A stretch of DNA of 64,000 nt, taken from positions 1 through 64,000 of IMG/VR virus record IMGVR_UViG_2606217110_000013; one strand, given 5' to 3'. The position numbers and the translations under genes were made by a program. The notes below the pieces were generated by a model, which searched no databases, was not told where the DNA came from, and saw only the letters and a list, made by a program, of their open reading frames with translations. This stretch comes from an uncultured virus (IMG/VR IMGVR_UViG_2606217110_000013). Its lineage: Duplodnaviria; Heunggongvirae; Uroviricota; Caudoviricetes. Shown one piece after another: positions 46,817 through 56,893 of this stretch. Position 1 is the first letter of the stretch, and the number at the start of each line of letters is the position of its first letter.

Positions 46817-47986
46817 TCACGTCTTAATAGTTTCTGCTACGTCGGCTAATATCGCTTCTAGTCGTTCTCCCTCTTCAGGTCTGAAGTAAAGAATGTTGGG
46901 GTTAAACCCGTAAAAGACAGTAACGTCAAGGTCTGGAAGATACTCCTTCCTGCCGACCAAATCGGATGGCTTGTTTTTGTTGTTAAACAATGAAGTTGCC
47001 CGGCTGCCACACGTCAGCACATAGGTCGGACGCACCAGATTGATCTCTTCACGCATAAAGTCGGTGAACTGGCCGATCTCGTCTTTGGTGTAGTCTTTTT
47101 CTTTGTCTTTAACCTTCTTGCAAACACCTGTGACATAGAGATCGCCCATGCGTAAATCTCCAGCCGTCAATAGCTTGGCCTTAAAGTCGTCGTATCCGTT
47201 CTCCATAAAGTAACCGGTTCGAGCATCATTGCCGTTCGCATTGTCCAGAATGATCATGATTTTCGGCTTAATACCAATGCTGGGGCGGATTAGTTCATCA
47301 CCTAAGCCCATTTCAGCCGCCATCCGCGTCATGAGTACGTTAATTTCAGCCGAACGTTTGGGGTTCATCTCAAACGGACGTGAGGCTTTAACTGCGTCTA
47401 TGACAAGGTTTCCCATCAATTCAGCCTGGTCGCGTAGGCGCTCTGGATCAGTTGCTGGCAGACTGCCTGGCTCGATGGATGCAAACGCCCCTACTTTTTG
47501 CAGCGATTCGCGCACTCGACTATTACAGGCACGTTTCTCGACAGCTTCTTCGAATTGCGCCAGTGACTCGAATTTGCCGCCAACTTTTTCTCGCGCTCTC
47601 ATGATGGCTTGGCAGCCATTCTCAGAACACCCCTTCACAGCAGAGAAGGGCGCATACAGCACCTGGCTGCCATCTTCAAGCGTGCGGATCTCGATTCGGT
47701 TAGATGACACGTTAACGTCTGGTGGCAATACGCGAATGCCATAGGTCAGCGCATCTTTAACCAGCCCCTGGTGTTTATCTTCGCCAAGAATAGTGAGAGC
47801 AGCAGCGAAAAACTCTGCGGGATAATGAGTTTTCAACCACATAGATTGATAACTGATTAAGGAGTAAGCAACAGAGTGTGATTTGTTGAAGGCATACGCG
47901 CCGGATTTCTCAAACATATTCCAGATTTCTTCGGCTCGTTCGTGCGTCAGGCCATTGCTCTCTTCGACAACACCGGTAATTTTCAT
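46817..47986 (-). CDS. dnaE: DNA polymerase III alpha, C-terminal half (with UDG-like tail)
   Basis: YAFNKSHSVAY, WLKTHYPAEF, VLPPDVN, HhH; ATG overlaps the HNH stop, GAGGTG RBS. Confidence 0.9.
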   Translation of the reverse strand: MKITGVVEESNGLTHERAEEIWNMFEKSGAYAFNKSHSVAYSLISYQSMWLKTHYPAEFFAAALTILGEDKHQGLVKDALTYGIRVLPPDVNVSSNRIEIRTLEDGSQVLYAPFSAVKGCSENGCQAIMRAREKVGGKFESLAQFEEAVEKRACNSRVRESLQKVGAFASIEPGSLPATDPERLRDQAELMGNLVIDAVKASRPFEMNPKRSAEINVLMTRMAAEMGLGDELIRPSIGIKPKIMIILDNANGNDARTGYFMENGYDDFKAKLLTAGDLRMGDLYVTGVCKKVKDKEKDYTKDEIGQFTDFMREEINLVRPTYVLTCGSRATSLFNNKNKPSDLVGRKEYLPDLDVTVFYGFNPNILYFRPEEGERLEAILADVAETIKT

Positions 47987-48717
47987 GCAGTCACCTCATC
48001 AATCTTCACGAACTCATACCCATTGGAGGCCAGCCAGTTCCGTTGGCGCTCCCAGCTCCATATCTCTTCACGCATTTCACTATGCAGGCGAATGTGGGCG
48101 TCTTCTGGAAGTGCTACAAGATTCCCAGGGGCGTTATCTATCGTATCGCGGTTAATATGGTGGACATGTTCATCGTCACGTAGCTCCCGACCGAGACGTT
48201 CTTTCGCTATCAATCGATGAACGTATTCGTATTGCGAAACGCCATTGTTACCAACCAGCTGCATCATGTAGCCGTTGGTTTTTACGATGATGCCACCTTT
48301 GTAGTTGTTCGCTTCTTCTCCGATCTTTCCGCGTTTGGCAGCCGCCAGCTTTTCCTTCGTCTCCGCGCGGATTGTTCTGCCGGTTAGCTTTTTCGAAACG
48401 GTGGCCACTCGCTCATCGATATCAGCACGCAGACCGGCATTCCACGAGGTTTTCCCATACATAGGGTTGCCAGTGCCAGTCCGGGCTTCGGAGAGACGCT
48501 TCATACGTTCGTCATTATTTTTGTTTTTGCCACGATTCCAGGCTGGGGTAGCGGAGATCCGCGCGCTTCCGCGCCTGATCCCCCATTTGGCTAATAAGCG
48601 GTCAATATTTGCCTTGCTGCAACCAGCTTCGGCGGCAATGTCTTCTTTTCTCATCAGGTCAACCATGTAACGCTGACGTAACCATTCTTCTGTGATTTTG
48701 TACTTCGTACTCGGCAT
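47983..48717 (-). CDS. HNH homing-type endonuclease (HTH + NUMOD-like repeats + HNH)
   Basis: GNPMYGK / WNAG repeats, YVHRLI...VHHINRDTIDNAPGNL...H. Confidence 0.9.
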   Translation of the reverse strand: MPSTKYKITEEWLRQRYMVDLMRKEDIAAEAGCSKANIDRLLAKWGIRRGSARISATPAWNRGKNKNNDERMKRLSEARTGTGNPMYGKTSWNAGLRADIDERVATVSKKLTGRTIRAETKEKLAAAKRGKIGEEANNYKGGIIVKTNGYMMQLVGNNGVSQYEYVHRLIAKERLGRELRDDEHVHHINRDTIDNAPGNLVALPEDAHIRLHSEMREEIWSWERQRNWLASNGYEFVKIDEVTA

Positions 48718-48765
48718 TTCTAAGACTCACTAAACAAATTGTTTTCTTATCTTATAAATTAATTC

Positions 48766-51129
48766 TCAAATATCGAAGCTCGTTATGTCGGCATTTATTG
48801 CCATTGCTTCGGCATAAGTGCGACGCTCACCATCAGCACAAAGTAGGCGTGCTGCTTTATGGATTTTTCTCGTAGAACCATCATCCAGTGACACTGTCAC
48901 CCAGCCTTCCTCCGCTCGCTTAATGAAGTCGCCGCCAATGGATTTCATTTTCTCCATATCTTTTTTCCCGATCGCTTTCCTGACCGAGTCTGCTTCCGCC
49001 ATTGAGAACCCCGCCAAGATTCGCGTAGCAGCCATGATCTGTTCCTGATAAATCAGAACTCCGTTTGTGTCGCGAGAGATGTCGTCCAGCATTGGGTGTA
49101 AGGAATGTGGGGCCATGAAGCCTTTGGCCACGGACACATAATCGTCCAACATGCCGGATTGAATCGGGCCAGGTCGGAAGAGCGCAGTTGTAGCGACGAC
49201 CGTTTTAAAGCTCATTGGCTCAATTCCACCACCTAAATCTTTAAGCAGCTTGCGCATTGGGCCTGATTCAAGCTGGAATACGCCCTGTGTATACCCTGCA
49301 GCAAAACCATCCAGCACCTTGCGATCTTCAAGAGAAATGGCATCAAGATTGATATCTTCACCTGTGTTCTCTTTTATGTAGCGTTTTGCACTATCGAGCA
49401 AATCGAGAGTTGCCAGGCCAAGCACGTCCAGCTTAATTAGGCCCATAGCCTCGCAGTAACGCTTGTCAAATGCGATACAACGCGCGTCACCACGGCGTTC
49501 AACCGGTGTACGTTCTGTCAGAGGAACACCTGCTACGATCATCCCTGCCGCATGTCTACCAAAGCCACGCATAAGGCTTTGTAACTTGCAGGCTGCATTG
49601 AATGCATCAGGATATTTTGTTGCGTATTTGTCGAGACTTGCCAGTTGTTCGCGCAGCTCTTCCAATGGAAGGCTATCATCCTCGACGTTCTTCAGTTCTT
49701 TTGATACCGCCATATCTGCGGACTCCACACCATAAATACGAGCGGTGTCACGTAGTGCAGAGGCTGCGCCCAGGTAGGTGAAGTTCGGAATGCCTGCAAC
49801 GTAATCTTCGCCGTAGCGTTCATTCAGATACTCGATCACCTCATGGCGACGTGCCTGGCTGAAGTCCAAGTCCGCATCCGGCAAGTCGAGACGCTCAGGG
49901 TTGATGAAACGCTCAAACAGAAGACCGTGACGGATTGGGTCGACGTTGGTTATGCCTATGCACCACGCCACCAGAGAACCGGCAGAGGAACCACGACCAG
50001 GCCCAACGGGAATGCCAGTTTCACGACTATGATTCATCAGATCGCGCACCATCAGGAAGTAACCACAGAATCCCAGGCGAGTCAGCGTGTCCATTTCGTA
50101 CTTTAGCCGCTCAACATAAACCCTGTTCTCAGAAGCAGGTGGTGTGTATCCAAACTCTTTTGTGGTAAGACGTTTACGCAGCCCTGCAACAGCCAGTTTC
50201 ATCAGCGTTGCAGGTTCGTCGTCTGCCATCTTGGGCAGTGCTGGTGGCAATTCATGCCAGCGCCATGTGCAGGCATCGATAATGGAGTCCTGCGTTGTTG
50301 AGGCCATTGCAGCTGTTACCGGCACATCCATGCGAACGGAGAAGGCTTTAAGCGCCTCAAGGAGATGGCGACGACCATTGATGGCGTTATCTCGCTGGTG
50401 GGGGATACGCAGACGATGCGGCTGGTCGATTTTTATGTTGTTCGTAACCATGTGCGCAATGTCTTTAATGTCTGCATCGTCGATCGATTCGTAATAAGCG
50501 GGATAGAACGCCACTGGCTCTATTTTCAATGCGCTGGCGACTTTCATCGCCCGGACGTTAATCTGGTCGTAGAATGGGGTAGGGTGCGGATAAACCACAC
50601 TATAGAAGTTGTCTTTTCCACCCGCTGTAATCAGTGTGCTTATGATTTTTGCAAAATCGTTGCGTTGGAACACGCTACCGATGTCGGAAGTAAGCAGGAT
50701 GATGTTGCCTTTGGCATATGTAGAAACCAACTGTTCGAGCGAGAGACGCGGCACAAAGTAGAACTGTTCTCGTGTGTTGGCCACCGTCATTAGTTCGCAG
50801 ATGTCGCGATATCCTTGCTCATTTTTAATTAGAGCGGTAAACGAGTAGTTACGTCCCCGCTCTAATGATTCCATACATCTCATAGATTCTTTAGCAAGTT
50901 TAGCCCGGTGCTCGTATGTGGGATCATCAACAATGTTTAGTTTCACACCACAAATAACCGCCATGTCGTCACCAGCGGCACGTTGTAGTGGAATAACGCT
51001 CGCAATATTCATGCTATCTGCTGAAATTACAGCGGTGTAGCCAGCTTCTCTGGCAATCTTCACCGCGTTTTCAGCTTTTAGAGCCGACTCCCCAAGTGAG
51101 AAGTCAGTTCGAACCATCAGTGCCTTCAT
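48766..51129 (-). CDS. dnaE: DNA polymerase III alpha, N-terminal half (PHP + catalytic core)
   Basis: GPGRGSSAGS, FERFINPER, PDADLD, RHAAG, KLDVLGL, YQEQIM. Confidence 0.93.
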   Translation of the reverse strand: MKALMVRTDFSLGESALKAENAVKIAREAGYTAVISADSMNIASVIPLQRAAGDDMAVICGVKLNIVDDPTYEHRAKLAKESMRCMESLERGRNYSFTALIKNEQGYRDICELMTVANTREQFYFVPRLSLEQLVSTYAKGNIILLTSDIGSVFQRNDFAKIISTLITAGGKDNFYSVVYPHPTPFYDQINVRAMKVASALKIEPVAFYPAYYESIDDADIKDIAHMVTNNIKIDQPHRLRIPHQRDNAINGRRHLLEALKAFSVRMDVPVTAAMASTTQDSIIDACTWRWHELPPALPKMADDEPATLMKLAVAGLRKRLTTKEFGYTPPASENRVYVERLKYEMDTLTRLGFCGYFLMVRDLMNHSRETGIPVGPGRGSSAGSLVAWCIGITNVDPIRHGLLFERFINPERLDLPDADLDFSQARRHEVIEYLNERYGEDYVAGIPNFTYLGAASALRDTARIYGVESADMAVSKELKNVEDDSLPLEELREQLASLDKYATKYPDAFNAACKLQSLMRGFGRHAAGMIVAGVPLTERTPVERRGDARCIAFDKRYCEAMGLIKLDVLGLATLDLLDSAKRYIKENTGEDINLDAISLEDRKVLDGFAAGYTQGVFQLESGPMRKLLKDLGGGIEPMSFKTVVATTALFRPGPIQSGMLDDYVSVAKGFMAPHSLHPMLDDISRDTNGVLIYQEQIMAATRILAGFSMAEADSVRKAIGKKDMEKMKSIGGDFIKRAEEGWVTVSLDDGSTRKIHKAARLLCADGERRTYAEAMAINADITSFDI

Positions 51130-51307
51130 GTGTTTTTACCTTTCTGGTTTTTTTGATTTTGTCATTGGGGAAGCCTACGAACTTCCCATGCATCGAAATC
51201 GCAACTTCTTTTGCTGATTGGTGACAATCGGGCTTGTCTGGACACACCAGACAAGCCTTACCAGTTTCAGAAGCAGCGATAAGAGAGCCGAAACATCCTT
51301 TACGCAC
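51104..51307 (-). CDS. Small Cys-rich protein
   Basis: 67 aa, CFG...C..C....C. Confidence 0.6.
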   Translation of the reverse strand: MRKGCFGSLIAASETGKACLVCPDKPDCHQSAKEVAISMHGKFVGFPNDKIKKTRKVKTHEGTDGSN

Positions 51308-51309
51308 GA

Positions 51310-52545
51310 TTAACCAAATATTTTTTGAACAACTTCACGAGCCGCTTGTGCAGAAGCTGAAGGGAGTTTGTTAATGAAAGAACGCTCAATACCTGTCACA
51401 AAGTCGCCTCGCATCATTCCAATCTTGGCCGACAACAAAAGTTCACGAGGGCCAATTGGCTGACTAATAAGGTGTTCTTCGTATCCATCGCGAACGATAC
51501 CGGCAAACTTAACCATCTTTTCAGCGTATTCATCCACGATGCCTGCATTTGTCAACATGTTGATCTCTGCGTCTTTGCTCATGTATTTCACATTCGAAAC
51601 GATGCCAAAACGCGAAAAGTTCGCGGCGTTCTGGATGTTTGTACCCTGGTACAAGCCGGTTTCATCACCAGATCCGTTCGTGTTGCCAGTGCCAATGAAA
51701 GCAAACCGTTCATGCGGAGTAATGCGACGCCATTCTGGAGTTGCCTCTTTGATGACCAACGCTTCACCTTCCAGCACTGGCTGATACACGCCAAGAATTT
51801 GTGGAAACGCAAAGTCGTATTCATCCGCGAGGTAAACCCAGCCATGCTTCATTGCGAGCGCAAGCAAGCCAGGTTCGAAATACGTAGAGCCATCACGCGC
51901 CAGAATTTGCCCCGTAACATGTGCCTCTTCCATTGATGCTGTATGTTGGGCACGGATCAACGGACGATTGAGCAAAGCACATAGCTGTGTAGGCAATGAC
52001 GATTTGCCTGTTCCTGCATGACCCCACAAATAGCCAGGTATGCCAAGTTCAAGCATCATGAAAATATCTTTGATCAGTTCGAAGTCGCCATATACGTAGC
52101 CTTTCTTCACTTCGGGAACGAACTCTGGATACGGCGTATTGACGTTGACGCTAACCATGAGCGGCGTCCCACGTTTTGTTCCGAGTTCTTCCACCGTTAC
52201 GTTTAGCAGTTCGTGAGCTGCGACCAGATCTGTCTTGTACTCAACTGTGCCTGTGTAGCCAGGGCTACTGGTCAAGCCAGAAGATTTGGCCATTTCGCTT
52301 TTTTGCTCGGCACGTTTAGCTTGAATTGCATCAAGTGCCTTTTTCGATAGCGTTGGTTCATCTGGAAACTGCGTTGTGTACATTTTCAGTACGGTGTCAG
52401 GATCGGCATCTTTTACTGACTCAGGAATGCCCTCGCAATTACCATTGGCTACATGGGACTTAAAATAGTGAAATGATTTGCCGCACCACTTGCAAACAAG
52501 GTAATCAGAAGGATTTTTTTCATTTTGCAGTGCAGTAGTCGTCAT
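51310..52545 (-). CDS. CobS/MoxR-like AAA+ ATPase with N-terminal Zn finger
   Basis: CKWC...H, GHAGTGKS, LADEYD, TGNTNG. Confidence 0.88.
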   Translation of the reverse strand: MTTTALQNEKNPSDYLVCKWCGKSFHYFKSHVANGNCEGIPESVKDADPDTVLKMYTTQFPDEPTLSKKALDAIQAKRAEQKSEMAKSSGLTSSPGYTGTVEYKTDLVAAHELLNVTVEELGTKRGTPLMVSVNVNTPYPEFVPEVKKGYVYGDFELIKDIFMMLELGIPGYLWGHAGTGKSSLPTQLCALLNRPLIRAQHTASMEEAHVTGQILARDGSTYFEPGLLALAMKHGWVYLADEYDFAFPQILGVYQPVLEGEALVIKEATPEWRRITPHERFAFIGTGNTNGSGDETGLYQGTNIQNAANFSRFGIVSNVKYMSKDAEINMLTNAGIVDEYAEKMVKFAGIVRDGYEEHLISQPIGPRELLLSAKIGMMRGDFVTGIERSFINKLPSASAQAAREVVQKIFG

Positions 52546-52640
52546 GCGTTTTTCCTTTGTTCTCTAATGAGCGTTCAACTTCTTATATAAATATATCATC
52601 ATCTATCGTAAGTAGTTACTTATCGTTAAGGCTGTTTTGT

Positions 52641-54749
52641 TCACTTTAAAATGATACGAGATAGTTCAGTAACTACAGATGAACCAAGACTATCAACGCT
52701 CGTTACCAGGGCATGATTTGAGTAAAATCTCTCCGGTGCGTCAGTCATGATGCCAATTGCCATCAAATCAATATCAGTCTGCGTTTCAATTTGCTTCGCA
52801 ACTGAACGCAAATGAGCGTCAAAACCTCTCCCAACAGCCCACGGCGCGCCATCACTCAGAACAAGCATGATCTTCCTGTCCTCCATGCGACCGGAAAATA
52901 ACGATGCAAGGCTGGCTATGCTTTCACCATCCACGTTATTAAGAAGTGGGAATGTGTAGCCTACGCACCCCATACGTGAGCGAACTTCGCGAGAATTTAC
53001 CTTTTCATTCCAATTTTTGATGATAGGTAGCATTAAAGATTCAAAGCGAGAGAACTCATACTTGACAGCCTTAAGTTCTCCTGCCGCCATATGACTACCA
53101 AATGTAGTGAAGCCGGTGATAATGTTGGGAACATTTATTCGATCAAGGGCATCGGCGATGGTATATGCACTTGCAAGAGCCAGTTTAATCGTTATACCAC
53201 TCATTGAACCTGATAAATCAATCACTTGTTGAACACAGGCGTTAACGGCTTTAGATTCTTCTTTTTTACGAAACACGCGAGCATCATTCATTGCTAATCT
53301 GTAGATACTAGAACCATGAATGCGCCCCCGACGCTGGCCCGGTATAAACTGAACTCTGTTTCTGCTTGCTATTGCTCGCTCCAGGTCTTTTGCCAGCGTC
53401 GACGAAACACCTGACGAAAGATGCTTTTCAATATATTTGTCGAAGAGCTGGTTGCCTTCAGGAACGATGCGATAGCGGCTGATTGGATATCCTCCCAAAT
53501 CAATATCGGAGAATGTTTTAATAAGCCGTTTGATATGGGCTTCTGCCTGATCAATCGAGCCGATGAAGTCGTATGAGCGATTGTATGGCCTGTATTCGCT
53601 TTTCGAGCTTTCTGTTAACTCGCTTTTAATCGTTTCGGATAGCGCATCTTCTGTCATGCCTCCGACTTCATCTTCCATGCTATCCAACTCCTCTAAAGCC
53701 TCTTCCAGACTCATTTTTGACGGAGTTGGGATATCTGAAGAGCCGTCTTCTGTCGTTTTTCTTTTTTCGTGGTCAGCGGTTAATGATTCTGACGCCGCGT
53801 TATCAGAAGCATCAGAATCTGATACCTCTTTATCATTTTCTGTATCATCGAATATTGTTTCTGATGATTCAGAATTATCTGAATCATCACTGTCGTTATT
53901 ATCATGTTTGTGCTTACTATGTGATTCTGATTTGATAGATTTGTGGTTATCTAACACTGAGGGTGTCTCATGATCTTCGTTGTCTTCACTGTTTTCTCCA
54001 GAGGCATCCGTCTGGTCAGCGTCTGAAGGATCGGAAGTTTTTCCCGGAGCTGACTCCTTACCTTTGCTTTCACTTTCAGTGTCTTTGAGGATCTTAGCTA
54101 TGGTCGCAGCCACCTTTACACAATCCTCGGTGCAAGACATGTTACGCACGGCCACATCGATACCATGTTCTTTTAATAATGAAATTGGTTTCTCAATGAC
54201 AGGCCAATATTCATCCATGAAATCTACGAACGGTGCTTGGCCATCCCAGGCTCTTACAACCGGACAGAGAAAGAAGTTTAGAAAAAGCGCGCGCTGATCT
54301 TTGCCACAATAAGCAATAGCCTCTGAAGCCTTTGGTTTAAAGACTTTTTCGATTATAAGGCGCTGAGTTGCCATCAGATTACGTCTTGTTCCGTTAAAGA
54401 CCTGACCCATTTTTCGCTCGATGAACACGTCTTCTAAGGCATTCCATAGCGACCAGGAAGGAACGCGTCCTTTTTCTCTCATTTTGTTGGACACACGAAT
54501 ATCGGTAAACAAAATGTGAGCAACCTCATGATCGAGAAATCCGCGCACAGCATTCATCAATGCCGGTGTTGCGTTATCCGGGATTGATGGGATGTTTACG
54601 AGAATTGGCTCTCCATCATCGTTATAGCGTACATAAGCGTCGTCCCCTCGTTCTGCAACAGGGATGTTTTTACCTGAAAGGAGAGCGACTACTCGTTTTA
54701 CACTGTCACGGAAGTCCTGAACCTCTTTGATGGAACGTTTTTTAGACAT
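52641..54749 (-). CDS. CobT-like protein (metallopeptidase-like N-terminus, acidic linker, VWA)
   Basis: DHEVAH, NALED, DLSGSM MIDAS, VLSDG. Confidence 0.88.
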   Translation of the reverse strand: MSKKRSIKEVQDFRDSVKRVVALLSGKNIPVAERGDDAYVRYNDDGEPILVNIPSIPDNATPALMNAVRGFLDHEVAHILFTDIRVSNKMREKGRVPSWSLWNALEDVFIERKMGQVFNGTRRNLMATQRLIIEKVFKPKASEAIAYCGKDQRALFLNFFLCPVVRAWDGQAPFVDFMDEYWPVIEKPISLLKEHGIDVAVRNMSCTEDCVKVAATIAKILKDTESESKGKESAPGKTSDPSDADQTDASGENSEDNEDHETPSVLDNHKSIKSESHSKHKHDNNDSDDSDNSESSETIFDDTENDKEVSDSDASDNAASESLTADHEKRKTTEDGSSDIPTPSKMSLEEALEELDSMEDEVGGMTEDALSETIKSELTESSKSEYRPYNRSYDFIGSIDQAEAHIKRLIKTFSDIDLGGYPISRYRIVPEGNQLFDKYIEKHLSSGVSSTLAKDLERAIASRNRVQFIPGQRRGRIHGSSIYRLAMNDARVFRKKEESKAVNACVQQVIDLSGSMSGITIKLALASAYTIADALDRINVPNIITGFTTFGSHMAAGELKAVKYEFSRFESLMLPIIKNWNEKVNSREVRSRMGCVGYTFPLLNNVDGESIASLASLFSGRMEDRKIMLVLSDGAPWAVGRGFDAHLRSVAKQIETQTDIDLMAIGIMTDAPERFYSNHALVTSVDSLGSSVVTELSRIILK

Positions 54750-54847
54750 GGCTAATCCTTTGTTATGAAAACAAATTATTTACTAGTGTGTTTAATGTAG
54801 CACTGCGCGAACAGGGAACTAAGCCATTCGCGCAGGGAGAAGAGGGG

Positions 54848-55060
54848 TTAACAGATTCTGACGGCTAAAGACCCGGAGCCGATATTGAGAAGCGTGAAGC
54901 GTTTGTTGTTAAGTTCGAATATAAAGCCAGTTGTGTCATTCACACCAACCTGAATCTGCTCATTCGGTAGATCGGTGAGGATGTCAGCTACACACTCATC
55001 AGCTAATTTCTGTACGTGTCCGATCTCAAGAGCGATTAGGCTGGAAATAGTGGTGTTCAT
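54848..55060 (-). CDS. Small hypothetical protein
   Basis: 70 aa, divergent from the repressor gene. Confidence 0.6.
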   Translation of the reverse strand: MNTTISSLIALEIGHVQKLADECVADILTDLPNEQIQVGVNDTTGFIFELNNKRFTLLNIGSGSLAVRIC

Positions 55061-55310
55061 TCAATCAATCCATTCTAACTTATACTATGGTAAGGAATAC
55101 TACTAAAATTTATATCAATACTGAATACATTCATATCATATGCAAGTTAATTTTCTTACCTGTTTTGGGCTAATTTTTCTCCGTGCAATGGCCTTTAACC
55201 GGTCTTTTAAGTGTCTATCGAAAAAATGATAATAGCTTTACAACCCTAACCTTTGATGTAATATCGGTAAGCACTTACCAGAGAGAATTGAACGCGCAAA
55301 GGTTGTAACA

Positions 55311-55697
55311 ATGTCTGACAACAAGATTGAATTTATAGAAAGTCGCTATGCTGCTTTTATCGCAGGGCTGATTGAATCCTCACCTATGAGTCAGGCCCAA
55401 ATAGCCAGACTTATTGGTTATAAAAATGCCAACAACCTTTCTTTAATTAAAAGTGGCAAAATTCCTTTGCCTATCGATAAGGTTCGTCCGTTGGCGCTGG
55501 CGCTGGGTATTGAGCCAAGTCGTCTTATGATGATGGTGCTGGAAGAACGCCAACCTGAACTCGCAGCATTTTTATACAAAGAAGGCACCGCTCCTCTTAA
55601 CGAGGACGAAAAACAGGTTCTTGCTGCATATAACGAGCGATTCGGTAAAGAGAAAGGCGCATCACAAAAGGTTGTTGAGGCTATAAAGTCTCTATGA
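55311..55697 (+). CDS. XRE-family HTH regulator (probable repressor)
   Basis: SQAQIARLIGYKNANNLSLIKSGK HTH; opposite strand to the lytic arm. Confidence 0.85.
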   Translation: MSDNKIEFIESRYAAFIAGLIESSPMSQAQIARLIGYKNANNLSLIKSGKIPLPIDKVRPLALALGIEPSRLMMMVLEERQPELAAFLYKEGTAPLNEDEKQVLAAYNERFGKEKGASQKVVEAIKSL

Positions 55698-56795
55698 AAA
55701 ATTTACACGAATAAGCTCTGTTGATAGACGATCTCCCTTAAATTTGTGGTCAATTTCGTCTAAATCCGGTTGCTCTACGATTGATGCGATGTACGTCGAG
55801 AAACTTTCTAAGGCGTCTCGCATCTCGTCCATATAATCGTGCCGGTCGTAGACCCGATCTATCCCCTCAAGACTGTGGTTCATGATTTTACGTGATACCT
55901 CCTGGCTTATGCCTAATGCTGGGAAGTAACTACGCGCAGTACGGCGCAAATCTCGGGGTGTAAATGGCTCAAGCTCCATCAGTTCTGGTCGTTCCAGAAT
56001 ACGACGTAATGCCTGGGCTATTGCCACTTTAGACATAGGAAGGTCTTTCCCGATTTTTTTATTCGAAGGCACGAGCCACTGGCTGTCTTTACCATATTCG
56101 AACAACTCTTCAATACAAGTGCGCATTAATGAGCTTAAAGGCAGAGAATGCTCACGGGCAGATTTGTTCCTCTTGCCTTGATTCCAAACCCCACGCTTAA
56201 GATTGAACTCACTTTTTTTAGCCCGCAGTACTTCGTCAGGTCGTCTTGCGGATACAAGACATAGCCTGGCCGCCCATTTTGTACCAGCACACACATTGAA
56301 GTAGTCCCATATATTCCAGAACACCCATACCTCTGCGTCGGTCAGCTTCCGCTCGCGAGGTGTGGGCTTTGCGCCACCGGCAACTTTGTTTAGTGACATA
56401 TCGTTTAACGGTGACACGTCTATCATCCCCTGGAAGGCGCACCAGCTAAGGAACTGCTTCATCAGAGAGAAAACGCGGCGGCCCATAACAATTTTGCCAT
56501 CCAGTATTAGTGGGTTGACCAGTTGGTTCACCATGAACCTATTAATGTCACTTACTTTTACATCGGCAATGTGCGGCAAAACATGTATCAAAATACAATG
56601 AACAGCGATCTCTGGCCGACGTCTGGTTATCAGCAGAGATAAGCGAGTGAATAACATGAATGCGTCCGAGAATCTCATGTCATTGCTGACCTGGGAGATC
56701 ATAACGGCCTGCATTTGAGATGCTCTTTCGAGATACTCTATCGCCTCTTTTGAGGTGTTCTCCGCAGCGCGTGCTCTGTCAAAGCTATTTTTCAT
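55692..56795 (-). CDS. Tyrosine recombinase/integrase
   Basis: ARRPDEV, RDLRRT, NHSL, RVY catalytic pattern. Confidence 0.92.
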   Translation of the reverse strand: MKNSFDRARAAENTSKEAIEYLERASQMQAVMISQVSNDMRFSDAFMLFTRLSLLITRRRPEIAVHCILIHVLPHIADVKVSDINRFMVNQLVNPLILDGKIVMGRRVFSLMKQFLSWCAFQGMIDVSPLNDMSLNKVAGGAKPTPRERKLTDAEVWVFWNIWDYFNVCAGTKWAARLCLVSARRPDEVLRAKKSEFNLKRGVWNQGKRNKSAREHSLPLSSLMRTCIEELFEYGKDSQWLVPSNKKIGKDLPMSKVAIAQALRRILERPELMELEPFTPRDLRRTARSYFPALGISQEVSRKIMNHSLEGIDRVYDRHDYMDEMRDALESFSTYIASIVEQPDLDEIDHKFKGDRLSTELIRVNFS

Positions 56796-56823
56796 ATGAC
56801 AATCACCGAGTTACGCCGATTCA

Positions 56824-56839
56824 CTGTATAAGTAAACAG
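56824..56839. promoter_or_regulatory. LexA (SOS) box
   Basis: CTGTATAAGTAAACAG = CTG-N10-CAG, 29 bp upstream of the recombinase start. Confidence 0.8.
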
Positions 56840-56893
56840 TATATTAGGCATAGATTCTTATAGGATCAAGAGTAAAAGTAACTCATTTTCAGT

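Noticed and set aside
46817..51129. Split intein or group I intron in dnaE
   Set aside because: No intein block A start or His-Asn/Cys junction in either half; only 48 non-coding bp flank the HNH gene, too little for a ribozyme.
51310..54749. Cobalamin biosynthesis
   Set aside because: No cobN or pathway genes; context is DNA replication.
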